A stretch of DNA of 32,000 nt from Cylindrospermopsis raciborskii Cr2010 (GTDB taxonomy: Bacteria > Cyanobacteriota > Cyanobacteriia > Cyanobacteriales > Nostocaceae). The first letter of the stretch is position 1. Each line of letters begins with the position of its first letter. The notes beneath the pieces were generated by a model. It had not been told where the DNA came from. It was given only the letters and a program-made list of their open reading frames with translations, and ran no database searches. The translations under genes were made by a program, and so were the position numbers. Shown here in pieces: positions 1-8,354 of this stretch. Location: NCBI RefSeq assembly GCF_003367075.2, contig NZ_CP065936.1:1860001-1892000 (forward strand). The letters are read 5' to 3'.

Positions 1-233
1 TTTTTCAATTCTTCCCAAAACTTTTCCAACCCCTTTACCTGTGCTTTTGGGTTGCCAGGATCTTTAATCTCGACAAACACGATGCGCGTTTCAAACTCAA
101 CCACGAAATCAACACGGTACATTTCGGCTACACCATGATAGTCTGGGAGTGTTTTATCCTTCATTTGATCAAAAATTAGTGCCTCTATTGCATCAGTAAA
201 GTCAATTTCCAAATCTCCCTCTCTCACTTTCAT
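1..233 (-). CDS. Partial protein (C-terminus beyond window), PD-(D/E)XK nuclease-like candidate, partner of the adjacent AAA ATPase
   Basis: Reverse complement of 1-233 is fully open from an ATG at 233: MKVREGDLEIDFTDAIEALIFDQMKDKTLPDYHGVAEMYRVDFVVEFETRIVFVEIKDPGNPKAQVKGLEKFWEELK. The RVDFVV...VFVEIK segment resembles the D...ExK core. Its ATG overlaps the upstream stop codon (ATGA). Confidence 0.6.
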   Translation of the reverse strand, partial: MKVREGDLEIDFTDAIEALIFDQMKDKTLPDYHGVAEMYRVDFVVEFETRIVFVEIKDPGNPKAQVKGLEKFWEELK

Positions 234-1312
234 TTGCCTAAATCCCCCATTTTTAGGTTTGCCTGTTGTTTGATAAGGTCGCTAAAGGTGTCGGCAATGG
301 CATTTGGTGACATGCCTATGTAGTTATCTACACTATCTAGTTTGATGGTTCCAGATTCATCGTCACGGTAAAGAGTATGAAACAGAATATGATCCCCTTT
401 ACTCTTGTCCATAAGTAAGTCAAACCACTTAAGTAGGACGTAATCATGGGTTGCCAGAATAATTTGCTGTCCATTGCGTGATAGCTCTAGCAAAATGGTA
501 ACGAGACTTTTCATTAGTTTAGGATTCATGTTTGATTCGGGCTCATCCCACAACAGCAAACCACTAACACCGGGTTGAAGCGCTCCCGTTTCTAACAGAC
601 GGTAAAGCATTCCAACTTTGCAAATACCCTCAGCTATAGAGTTAGCGGAGTATTCAGAATCCTCGGTTCTGAAGGTGACTTTGCCTCCTCCATAAAAAAT
701 GAATCGACCACCGCAGATGGCTTTCAGCTCTTCCATGGCCCATTTGGATTTTTCGTGCAGGTTTTCTGGACGAATTTGGGGAAGGTCTAACAACAGGCAA
801 ATATCTTGATAGGTCTGGTCAAAGGAGACTTGGTACATCTGGTACAAACTGTTAAATCCTTCCATAAAGGAGAGGACTTCTTTGGTGGGAAAGAAAACTG
901 GTTTGGATTGGTATTGTTCCCAGCTATTTCTATCCTTGATCTTGATTTCCAAGGATTTAGATCTGGTGCTAAAGCTAACAGCTATCTGTTGATCATGGGC
1001 AAAGTGGGCTTCTAATGTGGCTTTTGCACCTCCACCGTGGTGACGCATTTTGTTTAACTTAGCATCTAAAGGCAAAAATAGGCGTAAAAGCTCAGGGGTA
1101 AGGGCGGAAGCAAGTTCCTTAACAAGTTCTTTGTCACTAATATGGGAATTGTTTTTGAATAGGGGAGCCACACCACTGAGGAAATAAGCAGCTTTGAGCA
1201 GATGGGTTTTTCCTGTGCCATTTTTCCCGATGATCACGTTGATCTTAGGAGAAAAATCAATTTTCACTTCGGTGAAGGCCATGAAGTTTTTCAGTTCTAA
1301 ATGTGTTATCAT
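230..1312 (-). CDS. AAA family ATPase (RecF/OLD-like P-loop ATPase)
   Basis: 360 aa ORF with Walker A IIGKNGTGKTHLLKA, Walker B GLLLWDEPESNMNP and an ILATHDY motif. Confidence 0.85.
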   Translation of the reverse strand: MITHLELKNFMAFTEVKIDFSPKINVIIGKNGTGKTHLLKAAYFLSGVAPLFKNNSHISDKELVKELASALTPELLRLFLPLDAKLNKMRHHGGGAKATLEAHFAHDQQIAVSFSTRSKSLEIKIKDRNSWEQYQSKPVFFPTKEVLSFMEGFNSLYQMYQVSFDQTYQDICLLLDLPQIRPENLHEKSKWAMEELKAICGGRFIFYGGGKVTFRTEDSEYSANSIAEGICKVGMLYRLLETGALQPGVSGLLLWDEPESNMNPKLMKSLVTILLELSRNGQQIILATHDYVLLKWFDLLMDKSKGDHILFHTLYRDDESGTIKLDSVDNYIGMSPNAIADTFSDLIKQQANLKMGDLGK

Positions 1313-1400
1313 ATTTATGTTATTTTGTACCCATATCTCTTAGTTTTTTCTCGACTCAGTGCTTTGATTTAGGCATGTGATGTACCACTTGGAATACACT

Positions 1401-1504
1401 TATGTATTTGTCTACACTATCTAGTTCGATGGTTCCAGATTCAGCCTTATTGTGTAGGCTATGAAACTGTGTATAGTCCCTTTTACTGTTGTCTATAAGT
1501 AATT
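1401..1504 (-). pseudogene. Decayed fragment homologous to the 3' part of the adjacent AAA ATPase gene
   Basis: About 104 bp aligns with 317-420 by eye. Translation LLIDNSKRDYTQFHSLHNKAESGTIELDSVDKYI compares with LLMDKSKGDHILFHTLYRDDESGTIKLDSVDNYI in the intact ATPase. Confidence 0.85.
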
Positions 1505-1746
1505 AAATGGAGAATTGGTACTTCTTGTCAATACCTCAGCCCAAAAAAGATTATGAAATGCTAGGACTGACCATTTAAAAAAAAAGATTTATTGGAAAGA
1601 CTAGTATTATGGACCGGGGCTTATTTTGTAGCTAGTTGTGGAGGTGTCAGACCAACTTAAAAAATATGTAGAGAATCAAGATTCCCTTGAACATTAGTTG
1701 TGCTTGTCTTATAGCGTTATAATGGATCGCTCTAGCATTCGGCGCA

Positions 1747-2142
1747 TTACGGGATGAAAATGCGTCTTGCGCCTTGATACTCTTCAATATCAACTACAAT
1801 ATCAACCAAACGATTAACGCAGCGATTGCGATAATCTGGCTCGGAAAGTAGTCGATCAATATTACCGATTGTAACGACGGGTAATGATGTGGGGGTATTT
1901 TCCTCCCGCATCACTTGCTCCAGGGAATCTTTGCCTTTCATGCTTCGGTTACCGGTGATCAGGATCATCTGATTGGCTTGAGCATACCGCCAAACAACGC
2001 GATCATCGCTCGTGACAGCTAAACCGACTTCTTCAAAGAGAATAAAACGAATCGATATCAAGTCAAGCCAACCACTCGCAGTAAAGCTCCCAGCGAGGAC
2101 AACAGAATGCCCTCGTAGGTTATGATCAACTAAAAAATTCAT
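1747..2142 (-). CDS. DUF5615 family PIN-like protein (putative toxin)
   Basis: 131 aa; MNFLVDHNLRG... TSDDRVVWRYAQANQMILITGNR... pattern typical of PIN-like/Mut7-C-like proteins paired with DUF433. Confidence 0.65.
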   Translation of the reverse strand: MNFLVDHNLRGHSVVLAGSFTASGWLDLISIRFILFEEVGLAVTSDDRVVWRYAQANQMILITGNRSMKGKDSLEQVMREENTPTSLPVVTIGNIDRLLSEPDYRNRCVNRLVDIVVDIEEYQGARRIFIP

Positions 2143-2519
2143 ACTCGTGATGCAAACTTGGCTTTTTCTGCTTGGAGTTTTGCCCGAATGGCTTCTGTAC
2201 CTGGTTTTGGGGGCTTAGCCGCAATACGGGCAACTCGCTCACGATTTTGTTCTTCGTAATACTGTCTCAGTTCTTCGCCTTCCTTCAGGACAAGCTGATA
2301 CTCTGCATCAACTTCTTCACGGTATGTTTCAATATAAGATAGTGCAGCATTTACCTGTCCATGGGTAAGATCGAGCATAGCACGGATAAACTTTGGTGGA
2401 TAGTTTTCCGTTACGTAATCCATCACATCGTACAGGGTAATGCGAGTACCTGCGATCGTTAATCCTCGCTCTGTACGAATGATATCAGTTTTTCTATTAG
2501 ATGCTGGGGTCATGGTCAA
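2139..2519 (-). CDS. DUF433 domain-containing protein (putative antitoxin)
   Basis: 126 aa; TERGLTIAGTRITLYDVMDYVTENYPPKFIRAMLDLTHGQVNAALSYIETYREEVD matches the DUF433 pattern. Its stop overlaps the next start by 4 bp. Confidence 0.75.
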   Translation of the reverse strand: MTMTPASNRKTDIIRTERGLTIAGTRITLYDVMDYVTENYPPKFIRAMLDLTHGQVNAALSYIETYREEVDAEYQLVLKEGEELRQYYEEQNRERVARIAAKPPKPGTEAIRAKLQAEKAKFASRV

Positions 2520-2556
2520 AGCCTCTTAATATGTGTGTTTACTAACTTGTATTTTA

Positions 2557-5500
2557 TCATAGTTGTACTCTTCTCCCACTGCGAACTTCTGCCAATAATG
2601 CCTCCCGCATAACAGCTACATACTGCTCTACATCCGTTTCATCTGCCAGCCACTCTTTGTCGAAACTAAACTGGATGGAACGATGACTTACATACAGACT
2701 TTGTGTCTCTTGCCAATTCCCCACTAATCTTTTTTCTTGATTAGTATGGTATTGATTTGCCTTCTCTGCTACCACACCAGGCTGGGTACAAAAAACTATT
2801 TGCCGTAGCCTTTCGTATTCCTCTTGCTCAAAGTAGCTCTTTCTGTCACGGATTACAGCGATGAGCTTCTGGTTCTTGATAACCTTTATATATTCATCAA
2901 ATGAGCTAGCAATCTCAGTTTGCTGACCAGAGCTAAGGACATGAAACTCAGCCGTAGCAACTAGTTTGCTTCGTAGTGATTCTATTATAGCTACAGCATC
3001 CTCAATTTCTCTATTTAACCGAGTAGTAATCTCTTCCCTCAGTTTAGTCACCAATTCCTTTAACTGCTGCATGCGATCGCCTCGGAAACAGTGAGGGTCA
3101 GCGAGTATTTCCCGCACCTTTTTCTCTTGAAGAGCATTCACTATCAAAAAGTTCGCTTCCTGCTCTTCAATAAACGCCTGGGCACAATCGAATATGTTTC
3201 GCTGTAAACCATTCAGAAATGTGCGAATCGGTTCAATAGTTTGTTCTTTCAGGTCAAGCAGCTCATCTTTTTGTTTGAGAAGGTCTGTAACATACCAGGC
3301 ATAAGGTTTGCCCTTGATGTTTCTTAGTCTGGCGATCGCACTACTAAGTTTTTCTTTAAAGGGATAGTGTGAAGTAGAAAGGGCTTCAAGCCTATCAATT
3401 AAGTCGGAAATGGCGGTTGCGGTTTTTTGTCCCAGTAGTTTGGCATCTCCGCTGGGAGCTGGTTCGTTAAAAAAGTCAGTATATAGTTTCTTTAATGCCC
3501 GTACCTGGGAAGCAGTGAAATCTATTTGCGGTTCAAGAATGATGTTCATGTGGTCACGGGTGTTGGTTAGTGCTTTGAGTAGCTCATTACCATCCAATAG
3601 ATTGCTGTCCCAGCGTACTTCCAGCTTACCTCGGGCACAAAGACTCGCTACATTGTGCAATAGGGCTGCATGATGCCAGCCATAAGGTTTACGTTCAAAT
3701 TTGTCTATTAGCGTTTTTAGGGTTGTCCTTACTCCAAGATCTTTATTGCGCTGAATGGAAGCAAGCACCTCCTGCTCTGGTTCGGTGTCTTCACGAAGCT
3801 GTTCAGGTTTGTTTAGTGCCTCGGACAGATCTTTTTCCGTATAAACCATACCGCGCAGCATTTGTAAATTGGGATAGGTTTTGAGGATCAGATCCTCAAA
3901 TCCCTTGAGGATGCGATTCTGGGGGTCATCTCCCCCTACTTCAATATAGCTGCCATTAAGGATGAGTTTTGATTTACTCAATAATGTGTGTACCCGTTGC
4001 TGGAGATCTGTGTAGCGTTGCCTATTCTGGGAATTCTTATCGGTGAGTATGCTTTTAACTGAATCCTTTTGGGTAATGGACACATTCTGGCTAATATATT
4101 TATCTGTCTGTTTGTACATGATAAGGTCGCGCATGAGTCTTTCCTCTGGTGGTATAATCACTACCAGTTCATCACGTCCCATGGACTGGGCGCGCAGGTT
4201 ATCTTCATTCTCAGCATTTTCATTGAACGGGGAGATGATGTGTATTGTCAATTCACATTCCCGACTATAGAGACGATCATCTATCTTTTTACAAAAGGGA
4301 TAATCCTGTGAGTTGGAGCGAATCTTTTTCAGCTTGAGGGTGTGATCGAAGACTAGCTTTTCTAACTCTTCAGCAACAGCTCTTTTGTCTACCTCCGTAT
4401 TCTTAATCTCCTGTTCCACGTCTTTTTCTTCATCCGTTAGATACTCGTAGAGTTCCCCGTGGCGCTGGATGTAGGTTTCTTGCTCTAATAGGTTTAGTCC
4501 TTCCTCTACTCTCTTACGCAAGTCCGTGATATGGCAATTGAACCGATCAAACATCAACACACAGAGGTTGCGCTGTGTTGCCTTAAATTCTCTTACATAT
4601 TTGACCAGGAACAGGGCTTTTAACAGCTGGATAGCAAAAGTGTTACGCAGGTGTCGCTCCGCCTGTAAAATGGCTTGCTGGATGCTGGATTTTAGTGCTG
4701 AACGGATACCTTCAAACATGAGGTCGAAGGTGGCAAGTTGACCTTCCTCATATTCACTAATCTGTATAGCAACTTGCTGAAAAACACCTAACATGGAACG
4801 CTCTCCAACAGAGCTGTGCTTGCCTTCAAACGCATTGTGAGCTGATAGATTTTGAATGGCAGCTTGGAAAAGGGGAAACTGGTAAGGTATAAAAGGATAG
4901 CTCTGGATAAAGTGATCCCGATCCTGAAAATTACGGTAGGTCTGGGATCCATCAACGAAATCAAAAAGGGTCTTAAAGTTATTCGCTTGGTCATCATATA
5001 ATTTTGAGAGCACATTCTTGCCAATTTCATTTTTCATGAGCAGTCGCTTTTGAATGACTTCAGCAACATCTTGGCTGGTAAGTTTCATCCGGTTGGCAAA
5101 CCGAGCTTGAATCTTGGAAAAATCGTTGGTTTGTTGGCGACTATCTTCTCCTAGTACTGAGTCCATATCTTCTTGGGCGGTAACCATAATCCAAGCGCGT
5201 CCCCTACACTTGGTAGCCAGGCTTTCTGCAACGGTTTGCAGGTTGGTCATTAATTTTACATTGTCGGCGATGTATTGCCCTACCTCATCTACGAAGAAGT
5301 TTAAGCGGAAGTTTTTCCCTTGTTGCTCCACATAGTCAAAAACCGCTTTAGCAAAGTCCTCAATAGAAACCTTGTATTGACTGCGATACTTGTCGAGAAT
5401 TCCTTGACCTGCGATCGCATCGCCACCTACGGTTTGGCCATAGGCGATGGCAATGTTTTTGGACTCTAACAGGGCCTGCTCCCGACCTTCTTCCCAGGGT

Positions 5501-6057
5501 CGATGGGCCACTTCTTTGTATGCTGATTTAAAGCTTTCATATTGACCACGGCTATCTAAGTCCCGCTCAAATTGGGCAATGTAGCCATGTTTACCATAAT
5601 AGCCGCACATCTCGTCAAATACTTTGACAAAGACAGCTAGGAGGGCATCTATTTCAGTCTTGCTAATTACATCAGCCTTTTGGTCAATGTTAAAGAGAAT
5701 ACTTTTTGATGGGATGGAGACAGCCTTTTTGAGGTCACCCCGGAGCATTTCATTTTCACCGCACTTGGGTAGGAAGGAATGTAGTACCGGTATCCCATCC
5801 ACAGATCTATTTTCCAGTAGCAGTGCTAACATCTTGAGCAGGTGAGATTTACCAGAACCAAAGAAACCTGACACCCACACCCCATTGGCACCCTGGTAAT
5901 TGTTGTAAGCATGAAGAAATTCCTCCAGTCGCTTCTCTATCTCGTTAGTGAGTACATATTCTTCAATTTCAATCCGTAGGCTTGCTTCGTCATCTGCTTT
6001 GATGACTCCTTCAATGGGGCGGTCAATTGGCTTCTGAAAAATAGTCTTTAAGGTCAT
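2557..6057 (-). CDS. brxC: BREX system P-loop protein BrxC
   Basis: 1166 aa; N-terminus MTLKTIFQKPIDRPIEGVIKADD and Walker A GVWVSGFFGSGKSHLLKMLALLLEN are characteristic. Directly downstream of brxB. Confidence 0.93.
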   Translation of the reverse strand: MTLKTIFQKPIDRPIEGVIKADDEASLRIEIEEYVLTNEIEKRLEEFLHAYNNYQGANGVWVSGFFGSGKSHLLKMLALLLENRSVDGIPVLHSFLPKCGENEMLRGDLKKAVSIPSKSILFNIDQKADVISKTEIDALLAVFVKVFDEMCGYYGKHGYIAQFERDLDSRGQYESFKSAYKEVAHRPWEEGREQALLESKNIAIAYGQTVGGDAIAGQGILDKYRSQYKVSIEDFAKAVFDYVEQQGKNFRLNFFVDEVGQYIADNVKLMTNLQTVAESLATKCRGRAWIMVTAQEDMDSVLGEDSRQQTNDFSKIQARFANRMKLTSQDVAEVIQKRLLMKNEIGKNVLSKLYDDQANNFKTLFDFVDGSQTYRNFQDRDHFIQSYPFIPYQFPLFQAAIQNLSAHNAFEGKHSSVGERSMLGVFQQVAIQISEYEEGQLATFDLMFEGIRSALKSSIQQAILQAERHLRNTFAIQLLKALFLVKYVREFKATQRNLCVLMFDRFNCHITDLRKRVEEGLNLLEQETYIQRHGELYEYLTDEEKDVEQEIKNTEVDKRAVAEELEKLVFDHTLKLKKIRSNSQDYPFCKKIDDRLYSRECELTIHIISPFNENAENEDNLRAQSMGRDELVVIIPPEERLMRDLIMYKQTDKYISQNVSITQKDSVKSILTDKNSQNRQRYTDLQQRVHTLLSKSKLILNGSYIEVGGDDPQNRILKGFEDLILKTYPNLQMLRGMVYTEKDLSEALNKPEQLREDTEPEQEVLASIQRNKDLGVRTTLKTLIDKFERKPYGWHHAALLHNVASLCARGKLEVRWDSNLLDGNELLKALTNTRDHMNIILEPQIDFTASQVRALKKLYTDFFNEPAPSGDAKLLGQKTATAISDLIDRLEALSTSHYPFKEKLSSAIARLRNIKGKPYAWYVTDLLKQKDELLDLKEQTIEPIRTFLNGLQRNIFDCAQAFIEEQEANFLIVNALQEKKVREILADPHCFRGDRMQQLKELVTKLREEITTRLNREIEDAVAIIESLRSKLVATAEFHVLSSGQQTEIASSFDEYIKVIKNQKLIAVIRDRKSYFEQEEYERLRQIVFCTQPGVVAEKANQYHTNQEKRLVGNWQETQSLYVSHRSIQFSFDKEWLADETDVEQYVAVMREALLAEVRSGRRVQL

Positions 6058-6066
6058 GGTGTGGTC

Positions 6067-6678
6067 CTATGGTTCGTAATGGAAGATATTAAATGCTCGG
6101 TAGTATTTGTCATCCCGCAATCGCCCAAAGAGATCCAGGGATGCACCGGTTTCGAGGGAATGGGTGTAGGCCCCTGGGAAGAACATTACCGTGGGGCGGT
6201 CCTTGGCAGTGCTTTGGAGGTTGTTGAGAACGTTATGGGAGCGAATGTAAGGAAATACCTCACCCACCCCGGAAATAAACATAACGGCGAATTCCCTCTG
6301 GTCCATTTTTTCCGCAATAGCTGGTACAAGATGCTTTTCGGGATCAAGAACCCCTTGCAGTAGCTCCTTGAGTTGCTCTTTGGAAACTGAAGGCTCAATA
6401 TCCAGAATTTGCTCCCACACTCCTCGCTTTTGTAAAAGCTCAATGGAAAGATTATACAAGTTAATTTCCAGCACGCCAAGCCCAGCTTGATTGAGGCTCT
6501 TGGTAAGTTGTTGCTGAATGTATTCCATTTCTACTGACTCTTCTGGTCTATAGGGACAGATAAAAAATGGCACTTCGTTTCCTAAACCCTGCTTTTTCAG
6601 AAAGCGATCGCCAGAAATAACTTTTAGCAGGTGCTGAAATCTCTCTTGTATTGGTTGTGTTTCTATATCTAGTGCCAT
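6067..6678 (-). CDS. brxB: BREX protein BrxB (DUF1788)
   Basis: 203 aa; RFQHLLKVISGDRFL...PFFICPYRPEE...VMFISGVGEVFPYIRSHNVLNNLQ...PTVMFFPGAYTHSLETGASLDLFGRLRDDKYYRAFNI; 9-bp gap to brxC. Confidence 0.92.
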   Translation of the reverse strand: MALDIETQPIQERFQHLLKVISGDRFLKKQGLGNEVPFFICPYRPEESVEMEYIQQQLTKSLNQAGLGVLEINLYNLSIELLQKRGVWEQILDIEPSVSKEQLKELLQGVLDPEKHLVPAIAEKMDQREFAVMFISGVGEVFPYIRSHNVLNNLQSTAKDRPTVMFFPGAYTHSLETGASLDLFGRLRDDKYYRAFNIFHYEP

Positions 6679-6879
6679 AAACTTTATTCTCTTCTATATC
6701 TTTATTTCCAAACAAGGATGTGTTTAGGATTTTTTAAAAACTATTTCAACTGTGAGATCCTGCTTTTTGGGGAAGAAATTGCTAATTTTTTCCCCCGGTT
6801 TGATAAGCTGTTTGTAGGTGCAACACAAAAGTATGGACAATATTTGGACTAGCTCTAGATGGAGTCAGTAAGGCGACTT

Positions 6880-6985
6880 TGACTGCGCCAATTAGAGTAC
6901 GCTTGTGGAACTTTCGGCATAACGAACCTCCGCACAAAAACGGTTCTAATGAATCCCCGTCTCTTTAGGGCGGGGAGAAGTCAAC
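6880..6985 (+). mobile_element. Probable IS200/IS605-family right-end / omegaRNA-like relic without tnpB
   Basis: CGGTTCTAATGAATCCCCGTCTCTTTAGGGCGGGGAGAAGTCAAC with a strong hairpin at 6955-6975 resembles the 3' end of IS605-type tnpB elements. No tnpB ORF is upstream; the 5' limit is a guess. Confidence 0.65.
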
Positions 6986-7006
6986 ACATATCATGAATTA
7001 AGGAAC

Positions 7007-8335
7007 ATGGGTCCTGCAAACTTTTCCCACGATACACAAGCTGAACAGCTGCTGGAACTAGCCTTAAAATCCGGGGCCGAGGCCGCAGAAGTATATCAGT
7101 CCCGTTCACTTTCTCGTCCCGTGTTTTTTGAGGCTAATCGTCTTAAACAATTAGAAACTAGTCAATCCGAAGGTGCTGCACTCCGACTGTGGAAAAATGG
7201 GCGTCCAGGACTTACTGTGGCCTACGGTCCTTTAGACCCCCCAGGGATGGTAGAACGGGCCCTGGCCCTGAGTCAACTAAATGAACCAGAATCAGTAGAA
7301 CTGGGAACCCATTCTCCCCAATCTTACCTTGATATAGGTATTTCCGTATCCGTAGAACAACTGATAAATTGGGGCAAAACTGCGATCGCTCAGGTACGTG
7401 ATATCTATCCCGATGTTGTCTGTAATGGTGACTGGGAATGCGATGTGGAAAGTATTAGGTTAATTAATAGTCAGGGTCTAAACTGTGATTACAGTGACAC
7501 TACTCTCAGTTGCTATATGTCCGCCGAATGGGTTAGAGGTGATGATTTTTTAAGCGTTGCTGATGGACAAACTCAACGCGGTCAACTTGACCCCCTAAAA
7601 GTGGCACATCAAATCCTTCAGCGATTAACCTGGGCTGAACAAAATGTTCCTACCCCCACCCGGCGATCGCCTATTTTGTTTACCTCTAAAGCTGCTGATA
7701 TGCTTTGGGGAACTGTGCAGGCTGCCCTAAATGCTAAACAAGTGTGGGAAGGAGCTTCTCCCTGGTCTGATAGATTGGGCCAGTCAATTATGACACCTAA
7801 TCTTACTATATATCAGGATCCTCAAGCAGGTCCCTATAGCTGTCCTTTTGATGATGAAGGCACCCCTACCCGATCTTTGATATTTGTTGATCAGGGGGTT
7901 TTACGCAACTTCTACAGCGATCGCACTACTGGTGGTCTCCTAGGTATGGGAACTACGGGTAATGGCTTTCGTCCAGGTCTAGGTAGCTACCCCGCTCCTG
8001 GTATGTTTAATTTTCTCATCCAACCCGGTGGAGAATCCCTGCTGGAGTTAATTAAATCTATGGATACGGGTTTAATTGTGGATCAAATGCTGGGTGGGAG
8101 CGGGGGAATTTCTGGAGATTTTGCTATTAATGTTGATTTGGGATATGTAGTGGAAAAAGGAGAAGTTATAGGTCGAGTTAAGGATACTATGGTTGCTGGT
8201 AATGTTTATACCGCACTCAAGCAGGTAGTTAAGATCGGTAGTGATGCTGATTGGAATGGTTCTTGTTATACTCCTTCTCTTGTAGTAGAAGGCCTTTCCA
8301 TTATCGGTAAAAATGGAATAAATACAACCTATTAA
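7007..8335 (+). CDS. pmbA: TldD/PmbA family protein (PmbA-like)
   Basis: 442 aa; AEAAEVYQSRSLSRPVFFEANRLKQLETSQSEGAALRLW...; C-terminal NGFRPGLGSYPAPGMFNFLIQPG...TGLIVDQMLGG and SGDFAINVDLGYVVEKGEVIGRVKDTMVAGNVY. Confidence 0.85.
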   Translation: MGPANFSHDTQAEQLLELALKSGAEAAEVYQSRSLSRPVFFEANRLKQLETSQSEGAALRLWKNGRPGLTVAYGPLDPPGMVERALALSQLNEPESVELGTHSPQSYLDIGISVSVEQLINWGKTAIAQVRDIYPDVVCNGDWECDVESIRLINSQGLNCDYSDTTLSCYMSAEWVRGDDFLSVADGQTQRGQLDPLKVAHQILQRLTWAEQNVPTPTRRSPILFTSKAADMLWGTVQAALNAKQVWEGASPWSDRLGQSIMTPNLTIYQDPQAGPYSCPFDDEGTPTRSLIFVDQGVLRNFYSDRTTGGLLGMGTTGNGFRPGLGSYPAPGMFNFLIQPGGESLLELIKSMDTGLIVDQMLGGSGGISGDFAINVDLGYVVEKGEVIGRVKDTMVAGNVYTALKQVVKIGSDADWNGSCYTPSLVVEGLSIIGKNGINTTY

Positions 8336-8354
8336 AAAGTCTATATGTTGCTAT

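Noticed and set aside
806-1015. Plus-strand 69-aa ORF
   Set aside because: Antisense to the intact AAA ATPase gene with no family-like features.
3073-3080. GCGATCGC octamers here and elsewhere in the window
   Set aside because: These are the common cyanobacterial HIP1 palindrome. Useful for taxonomy but not a new signal.
3410-5845. Plus-strand ORFs of 71-87 aa (3410..3673, 4043..4270, 4069..4311, 4526..4741, 5114..5335, 5624..5845)
   Set aside because: All are antisense to brxC, with low-complexity or improbable composition and no recognisable family. These are shadow ORFs of a long gene.
6061-6479. ORFs 6061..6363 (+) and 6186..6479 (-)
   Set aside because: Both lie inside brxB in other frames. 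brxB is clearly the real gene.
6769-6795. Hairpin GGGGAAGAAA...TTTTTTCCCC upstream of brxB
   Set aside because: AT-rich stem with one wobble and no clear gene to terminate. It could be chance in an AT-rich leader and is not strong enough to call.
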